Assembly: GCA_004297985.1 (NCBI GenBank)
Contig: SCRA01000017.1
Location: 28,941-92,940, forward strand
DNA from: a bacterium
GTDB taxonomy: Bacteria > Vulcanimicrobiota > Vulcanimicrobiia > Vulcanimicrobiales > SCRA01
Reading direction: 5' to 3'
Length of the DNA stretch: 64,000 nt
Position numbers and translations under genes: made by a program. The notes under the pieces are model-generated. The model was not told the origin of the DNA and ran no database searches. It saw only the letters and a list, made by a program, of their open reading frames with translations. Shown in pieces: positions 58,994 to 64,000 of this stretch (position 1 is its first letter; every line of letters starts with the position of its first letter).

Positions 58994-59869
58994 ATGCACG
59001 GCTTCAATATAGCGCAGCTCCTCGTCGACGGCATCGTTGCCGGATCGATGTACGCGCTGATGGCTAGCGGCATCTCGCTGATCTGGGGCACCATGCGCAT
59101 GTTGAACTTCGCGCATGGCGAGTTCTACATGATCGGCGGTTACACGCTGTTTTTCGCCTTGGTGGCGCTCAAGGTTCATCCGGTGATCGCCGTCGGCCTC
59201 GGTTTGCTCGCTACGTTCATGCTGGGTGTCGTCGTCGAGCGGCTGATCATGCGATGGCTGTTGCTGCGCGCGGAGTGGGAGATGCCCACCTTGGTGGCTA
59301 CGCTCGGGCTCTCCGTCTTCATGCAGAACTTCGCGTTGCGCACCTTCGGGGCCGGGGACCTCGGGTTGCCGTACGTCGTTCCCGGCGTGTTCCGCATCGC
59401 AGGCGTCGTGCTTCCCGGGCAGCGCATCGCGATCGTTCTCGTCGCCATCGTTGCGTTCGCCGTCGTGTGGTCGATCCTGCGCTACACGAAGTTTGGCGTC
59501 GCTATTCGTGCTACCTCGCAAGACCGCGATACGGCCGTTCTGATGGGAATCGACTTTCCAAAGGTCTACATGCTGACGTTCGGCATCAGCGTTGCGCTGG
59601 CCGCGCTCGCGGCCACGATGCTCGCGCCGATCTACTCCGTCAATCCGTGGATGGGTCAACGCCCGATGCTCAAGGCCTTCATCGTGGTGGTCTTTGGCGG
59701 CCTCGGTAGTCTGGAGGGCGCGATCCTCGGCGGCGTGGTCCTGGGGATCATCGAGAGCGTGGGGGTAGCCGTGGTATCTTCCGAGTGGCAAGACGTGATC
59801 GCCTTTGCGATCCTCATTCTCGTGCTGTGGGTACGTCCGCAGGGCCTCTTCGGAGCGAAGGAATCGTGA
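58994..59869 (+). CDS. livH: Liv-type ABC transporter permease (LivH-like)
   Basis: The LivH-like pattern is present (IAQLLVDGIVAGSMYALMASGISLIWGTMRMLNFAHGEF ... VRPQGLFGAKE). Confidence 0.9.
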   Translation: MHGFNIAQLLVDGIVAGSMYALMASGISLIWGTMRMLNFAHGEFYMIGGYTLFFALVALKVHPVIAVGLGLLATFMLGVVVERLIMRWLLLRAEWEMPTLVATLGLSVFMQNFALRTFGAGDLGLPYVVPGVFRIAGVVLPGQRIAIVLVAIVAFAVVWSILRYTKFGVAIRATSQDRDTAVLMGIDFPKVYMLTFGISVALAALAATMLAPIYSVNPWMGQRPMLKAFIVVVFGGLGSLEGAILGGVVLGIIESVGVAVVSSEWQDVIAFAILILVLWVRPQGLFGAKES

Positions 59870-60876
59870 AGCTCAAGTCCGCGCTCATCCAGATCGCCAT
59901 CGCCACGGTGTTCGCCGCTCTCGTGCCGTTGATGATGCATGGCGAGTACGCGCTCCATGTTGCCGTCTTGGCGCTGATCTTTGCGGTGTTGGCCGCTAGC
60001 TGGAACCTGGTGAGCGGCTATGGCGGCATGTTCACCTTCGGCCATCAGGCGTTCTTTGGATTGGGAGCCTACGTCTCGGCCTTGCTGGCCATGCATCTGG
60101 GTATCTCCACGTACCTGAGCATCATGATCGGTACCGCCTTCGCGATGGTCGCGGGCGTCGTCATCGGCCTTCCCGTGCTCCGGCTGCGTGGCGCGCCGTA
60201 CATCGCGATCGCGACGCTGGCCTTCGCCGAGATTGTGAAGCTGATCGCCGACAACCTTACGAACCTGACGCACGGCGAGTCGGGATTGGCCGGTATTCCG
60301 CCGTTGTCGCCGATCGGCGCGATGAGCTTCAGCATCGCCGACAGCAGGCCGTACTACTACTGCGCACTGATCCTGTTGGTGGTTACGATGGTGCTGGTGG
60401 CCGCCGTGATGGCGAGTCCCATTGGGCTGGCCTTCGGTGCGATCCGCGACTCGCAGGATGCCGCCGAGAGTATCGGTGTCGATGTCACCAAGTACAAAGT
60501 CCTGCTCTTCATGCTCAGCTCGGCGCTGGCTGGGATGGCCGGCGGCTTGTTCGCCCATTACGTCACCGTTCTGACGCCCTCGAGCATTCTCGGCATCGAC
60601 GTCATGGTGCAGATCATCGCCATGGCGCTGATCGGCGGCCTCGGGACGCTGTTCGGCCCCGTCGTCGGCGCGATCATCCTTACCGTAGGCTTAGAGCTGT
60701 TGCGGAGTCTCGGTGACTATCAGCTCATGCTGTACGGGGCCTTGCTCGTCGTCGTCATCATCGTTCTTCCGCGCGGCCTGAGTTCGCTGCCGATGCTCAT
60801 CGCCTCCGCGGCAACCAAACAGTCGAGCATACGAGGTAGCTCATGGAAACATCCGATCAAACAGCGGGAGCCGTGA
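59866..60876 (+). CDS. livM: Liv-type ABC transporter permease (LivM-like)
   Basis: GTG 59866 overlaps the livH-like stop (GTGA). The pattern NLVSGYGGMFTFGHQAFFGLGAYVSALL is present. Confidence 0.9.
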   Translation: MKLKSALIQIAIATVFAALVPLMMHGEYALHVAVLALIFAVLAASWNLVSGYGGMFTFGHQAFFGLGAYVSALLAMHLGISTYLSIMIGTAFAMVAGVVIGLPVLRLRGAPYIAIATLAFAEIVKLIADNLTNLTHGESGLAGIPPLSPIGAMSFSIADSRPYYYCALILLVVTMVLVAAVMASPIGLAFGAIRDSQDAAESIGVDVTKYKVLLFMLSSALAGMAGGLFAHYVTVLTPSSILGIDVMVQIIAMALIGGLGTLFGPVVGAIILTVGLELLRSLGDYQLMLYGALLVVVIIVLPRGLSSLPMLIASAATKQSSIRGSSWKHPIKQREP

Positions 60877-60878
60877 CC

Positions 60879-62144
60879 ATGGATGGCGTCAAAGCGAGCG
60901 TTCTGCGGAAAGTCGACGAGCTCTTCGACGAAGAGACTCACTTCCTGCGCGAGATGGTGCGCCGGCCGAGCCTGCGCGGCGAGACCAATCTCGTGCAGCA
61001 GTACATCGCAAAGAGCCTTCGCGGCCACGGTCTCAGCGTCGTCGAGGAGGGGCTCGACCTCGGCAAGATGTCGACTATGCGCGGCTACGCCCCGGTCGAT
61101 TGGTCCTACGAGGGCCTGGTGAACGTTATCGGGACTGCCCGGGCCGCCGCCCCAGGCGGGCGATCATTGATCCTTAACGGGCACGTCGACGTGGTCCCGA
61201 TCGACCCGATCGAGCACTGGAGCGTCGATCCCTGGGGCGGGGATGTCGTGGGCAATCGGCTCTATGGACGGGGCTCCTGCGATATGAAGGGCGGCATCGC
61301 CGCTGCCGTTTATGCGCTGCGGGCCGTCCAGTCGTGTGGGCTCGGCCTCAAAGGCGAGGTGGCCATCGAGACCGTGATCGACGAGGAGTGCTCCGGGAAC
61401 GGAACGCTGTCCGCGTTTGCGAACGGTCATACCGCCGATGCCGCGATCATCCCGGAACCGTTTCCGTACATGGTTACGGCGTCGACGGGGGTGATCTGGT
61501 GCCGTATCCGCATCCGCGGTCGCGGTGCCCACGCGCAGTCTGCTTCGTCGGCCGTCAACCCGATCGAGAAGGCATACGTGGTGATCAAAGCGCTGCGTGA
61601 GCTGGAGACCGAGCTCAACCGCCCCGAGCATCGTCACTCCAGCTTTGCCGGCGTCGAGCATCCGTGCAACGTCAACATTGGCATGCTACACAGCGGAACG
61701 TGGCCATCCTCGGTTCCCGAGACGTGCATGCTGCATGTGCGCATAGGCTACCAGCCGGGTATCGCACCCGTCGAGATGCAGGAACGCATCCGCCAGGCGG
61801 TGCTGGGCGGTGCCCAGCGCGATGAGTGGCTGCGGAACACGCCGCCCCACGTCGAATTCGCGGGCTTCCTCGCCGAGGGCTGGCTCGTTGACACCGAGAG
61901 CGAGATCTTCACGCTGGTCGAGCGGAATCACGAGCAACTTGCCGGGGCCAAGCCCCCAAGGCAGCCGGTCACCGGCACGGCGGACAATCGTTACTTTGGG
62001 TTCGCCGGCATACCGCACGTCGGATATGGCCCGTACGGCGAGCTCCTGCACGCACCGGACGAGTGGGTCGATCTGGAGAGCGTACGGCTCGTGACGCGCG
62101 TCTTGGCGACGACGATCATCGACTGGGTGGGAGTGATCTCATGA
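60879..62144 (+). CDS. M20-family metallohydrolase (ArgE/DapE/deacylase-like)
   Basis: The metal-site patterns are present (LILNGHVDVVP, GRGSCDMKGG, and EE in VIDEECSGNG). ATG 60879 lies behind GGGAG, 2 nt after the livM-like stop. Confidence 0.85.
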   Translation: MDGVKASVLRKVDELFDEETHFLREMVRRPSLRGETNLVQQYIAKSLRGHGLSVVEEGLDLGKMSTMRGYAPVDWSYEGLVNVIGTARAAAPGGRSLILNGHVDVVPIDPIEHWSVDPWGGDVVGNRLYGRGSCDMKGGIAAAVYALRAVQSCGLGLKGEVAIETVIDEECSGNGTLSAFANGHTADAAIIPEPFPYMVTASTGVIWCRIRIRGRGAHAQSASSAVNPIEKAYVVIKALRELETELNRPEHRHSSFAGVEHPCNVNIGMLHSGTWPSSVPETCMLHVRIGYQPGIAPVEMQERIRQAVLGGAQRDEWLRNTPPHVEFAGFLAEGWLVDTESEIFTLVERNHEQLAGAKPPRQPVTGTADNRYFGFAGIPHVGYGPYGELLHAPDEWVDLESVRLVTRVLATTIIDWVGVIS

Positions 62145-62173
62145 GCATGGGTGGAGAGCAAGGGAGAAAGGTC

Positions 62174-63043
62174 ATGTCGGCGTTCAACGTCGGTCTGGTC
62201 CAAATGCGTTGCGTCGCGAATCCCACGCAGAATCTCGCCAAGGCGATCGAAGGCATCCGTGAGCTCGCCAAGGACGGGGCTAACGTCGTTGGTCTGCAGG
62301 AGCTCTTCTTGACGGAGTATTTCTGTCAGCAGGAGGACCCGGGTCTGTTCGAGCTCGCGGAGAGCATTCCGGGGCCGACAAGCGATGCGCTTGGGGCGGT
62401 AGCGCGCGAGCTGGGCGTGGTGGTCGTGACGTCGGTGTTCGAGCGCCGGGCAGCCGGGGTCTACTATAATACGGGGGTGGTCATCGATGCCGACGGATCG
62501 ATCGCCGGCACGTATCAAAAGATGCATATCCCGCACACGCCACTCTATCGCGAGAAGTACTTCTTCGCGCCTGGTGAGTCGTCACGCTGCGCGTTCCAGA
62601 CGCGCTTCGGCAAGATCGCGGTCTTGGTGTGTTGGGATCAATGGTTCCCGGAGGCGGCGCGCATGGCGGCACTGCAGGGAGCCGAGCTCATCATCTATCC
62701 CACGGCGATAGGCTTCCGCGAGGGGGAGCGCATGCGCATGGGAGATGCCAAGGCAGAGGCGTGGCAGACCGTCCAACGCGGCCATGCGATTGCGAACGGC
62801 TGCTACATCGCCGCGGTGAACCGCGTGGGCCACGAAGGCTCCCCTAACGGCGGGATCACGTTCTGGGGGCGGTCGTTCATCGCGGATCCCTTCGGGCGCG
62901 TGTTGGCGCAGGCGGGAGAGGCCCAGGAACGCATCTCCGCCGCCGTCGATCCGGGAGATGTGGAGCGGCAGCGTCAGTTTCTTCCGTTTCTGCGTGACCG
63001 GCGTATCGATCTCTACGCTCCGTTGGCGCAGCGTCTTTGCTAA
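62174..63043 (+). CDS. aguB: Carbon-nitrogen hydrolase, N-carbamoylputrescine amidase-like
   Basis: The E-K-C triad context matches AguB-type enzymes (LQELFLTEYFCQ, YQKMHIPHTPLYREKYFFAPG, LVCWDQWFPEAARMAALQGAELIIYPTAIG). ATG 62174 lies behind GGGAGAAAGG. Confidence 0.8.
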   Translation: MSAFNVGLVQMRCVANPTQNLAKAIEGIRELAKDGANVVGLQELFLTEYFCQQEDPGLFELAESIPGPTSDALGAVARELGVVVVTSVFERRAAGVYYNTGVVIDADGSIAGTYQKMHIPHTPLYREKYFFAPGESSRCAFQTRFGKIAVLVCWDQWFPEAARMAALQGAELIIYPTAIGFREGERMRMGDAKAEAWQTVQRGHAIANGCYIAAVNRVGHEGSPNGGITFWGRSFIADPFGRVLAQAGEAQERISAAVDPGDVERQRQFLPFLRDRRIDLYAPLAQRLC

Positions 63044-63822
63044 GCGTATCGGCGCGTGGTCGCCAGTGTCCAGACGAAGACGGCGAGCAACGCCGCGACG
63101 AGGATCGCGCTGACCGCGAGATCGGGAATCGGCGGCTGCCAGCCCAGCGCTTGCGCTAGCTCGAAGCATGCCACGGCCAAGGCCAGCGCCGTCACGGCGA
63201 CGATCCAGTGACGCGTCACGCGTTCCAGATCGGCGCTGCGCTGCGTGCAGAGACGGTGGACCAGTACGCTGTCGAGCGTATCGGTAGTGGCCATGCCCAG
63301 GCAGAAGACGATGCCGACCACTAGTGCCGCGATCACGCCGCCGCTGGTGAGCGCCAAGGCATAGGCCGCCACCTGACTCGACGTATCGAAGCCCAGGCCA
63401 AAGAGCAGCCCCACGGGGATGGCGGCGTAGGCGCTGGTGGCGTAGCGCAGGCGGTGGGGTAAGAGCGCACTCTTGAGGCCCGCGGGCGCTGCGCCGGCCT
63501 TGCGCGTGCGCAGCGTTGCGATGTTGAGCCCGGCGATGAGGAAGAGCGTGACGATGCTGATCCAGGTGCCGAGAGACTCCAGCAACGCGCCGTGGCTGGA
63601 GAGGCGAGCGCCGATCAGCCCAATGACCAGCGCGATGCCTACGACCATCAGCGAATGCCCGCCGGCGAAGAGGGCGCCGATGAAGCGGCTGAGCGTGGGA
63701 TGGCGCTCCATCGAGTTGCGCGTCAAGTTGTCGATCGCCGCCAGATGATCGGGATCGGCGCCATGGCGCAGCCCCAAGGCGAAGACCGTCGCCGCGATGA
63801 GCCCGAAGCCGCCGGTTACCAT
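63040..63822 (-). CDS. NiCoT-family nickel/cobalt transporter (HoxN/NixA-like)
   Basis: The signature motifs are present (LRHGADPDHLAAIDN and FGLGFDTSSQV). I prefer ATG 63822, which lies behind GGAGGG, over ATG 63834. Confidence 0.8.
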   Translation of the reverse strand: MVTGGFGLIAATVFALGLRHGADPDHLAAIDNLTRNSMERHPTLSRFIGALFAGGHSLMVVGIALVIGLIGARLSSHGALLESLGTWISIVTLFLIAGLNIATLRTRKAGAAPAGLKSALLPHRLRYATSAYAAIPVGLLFGLGFDTSSQVAAYALALTSGGVIAALVVGIVFCLGMATTDTLDSVLVHRLCTQRSADLERVTRHWIVAVTALALAVACFELAQALGWQPPIPDLAVSAILVAALLAVFVWTLATTRRYA

Positions 63823-63924
63823 CGATCCCTCCATGAACGGCGCTTCGTAAGGCGGCTGGTGGAGCCCTGGGTTGGCGGCCTGCGGGAATGGGCGAGGCGC
63901 TGGGGGAATCCGGGGGCCACGCCC

Positions 63925-64000
63925 ATGGAGAAGAGCACTTACGTTCGCGAGATGTTCGCGACGATCGCGCCTAAGTACGATTTAGCGAACCGGGTTATGA
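63925..64000 (+). CDS. UbiE/MenG-type (demethyl)menaquinone methyltransferase, N-terminal fragment (continues beyond window)
   Basis: MEKSTYVREMFATIAPKYDLANRVM matches the conserved N-terminal V..MF..IA..YD..N pattern of UbiE/MenG. Only 25 codons are visible. Confidence 0.6.
   Translation, partial: MEKSTYVREMFATIAPKYDLANRVM

Noticed and set aside
63835-63924. A cobalamin or Ni/Co riboswitch upstream of the NiCoT transporter gene.
   Set aside because: The spacer is only about 90-100 nt and is shared with the divergent UbiE/MenG start. I found no B12-box-like sequence. It is too short for the known classes.
1-64000. A search by eye for CRISPR arrays, tRNA/rRNA genes, transposases, integrases, phage genes or known defence-system signatures.
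   Set aside because: I saw no regularly spaced short repeats, no cloverleaf-compatible intergenic segments and no recombinase or defence-type motifs. HipBA is the only toxin-antitoxin or defence-like module I could support.

Overview
GC-rich chromosomal segment. Hand counts of 60-nt samples give about 70% G+C in core genes; nothing was computed genome-wide. The host is probably a diderm bacterium, because the window encodes OMP-like proteins ending in Phe, a BepA-like M48/TPR protease and a Spy/CpxP-like periplasmic protein. The phylum cannot be assigned from sequence alone.

About 65 tightly packed CDS are supported, many translationally coupled through ATGA/GTGA/TTGA overlaps:
- Housekeeping genes: recQ, dnaX-ybaB-recR, minC-minD-minD-minE, dps, rodA, rpsO-pnp and polX.
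- Quinone-related genes: UbiA-type prenyltransferase, UbiD-type decarboxylase, and a UbiE/MenG start at the window end.
- ABC uptake systems: two Liv-type systems plus an orphan Liv-type binding protein, one polar amino-acid system and one peptide-type system.
- A CpxP-like / OmpR-type response regulator / histidine kinase module.
- A lower-GC hipBA toxin-antitoxin insertion.
- A PucR-linked cluster: gabT, Liv-type ABC genes, an M20 hydrolase and an AguB-like amidase.

I saw no rRNA, tRNA, CRISPR array, transposase or integrase. Most long ORF-track entries not listed here are antisense or out-of-frame shadow ORFs typical of high-GC DNA. Several listed ORFs overshoot the true start, so I re-set those starts by hand from RBS, signal-peptide and neighbour constraints.

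I did not find a clear-cut new multi-gene system. The points most worth a second look are:
1. A family of long structured GC-rich intergenic repeats (17.0 kb, 32.0 kb, 51.2 kb, possibly 5.8 kb).
2. A tandem duplication of full-length minD inside the min operon, with four same-strand TGTGGA (DnaA-box-like) repeats just upstream of minC.
3. Three 11-bp-phased CTGA(G/A) direct repeats next to a near-leaderless promoter of the CpxP-like/RR/HK operon.
4. A recurrent -10 box 6-9 nt upstream of the ATG, suggesting leaderless mRNAs.
5. A degenerate ABC ATPase plus membrane protein appended to an NAPRT-like/amino-acid ABC operon.
6. Several active-site-degenerate paralogues (DJ-1/PfpI without Cys, DsbA-like SxxC, P-loop-less DUF697 protein).

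All homology statements are from motif recognition by eye. No database search was run.
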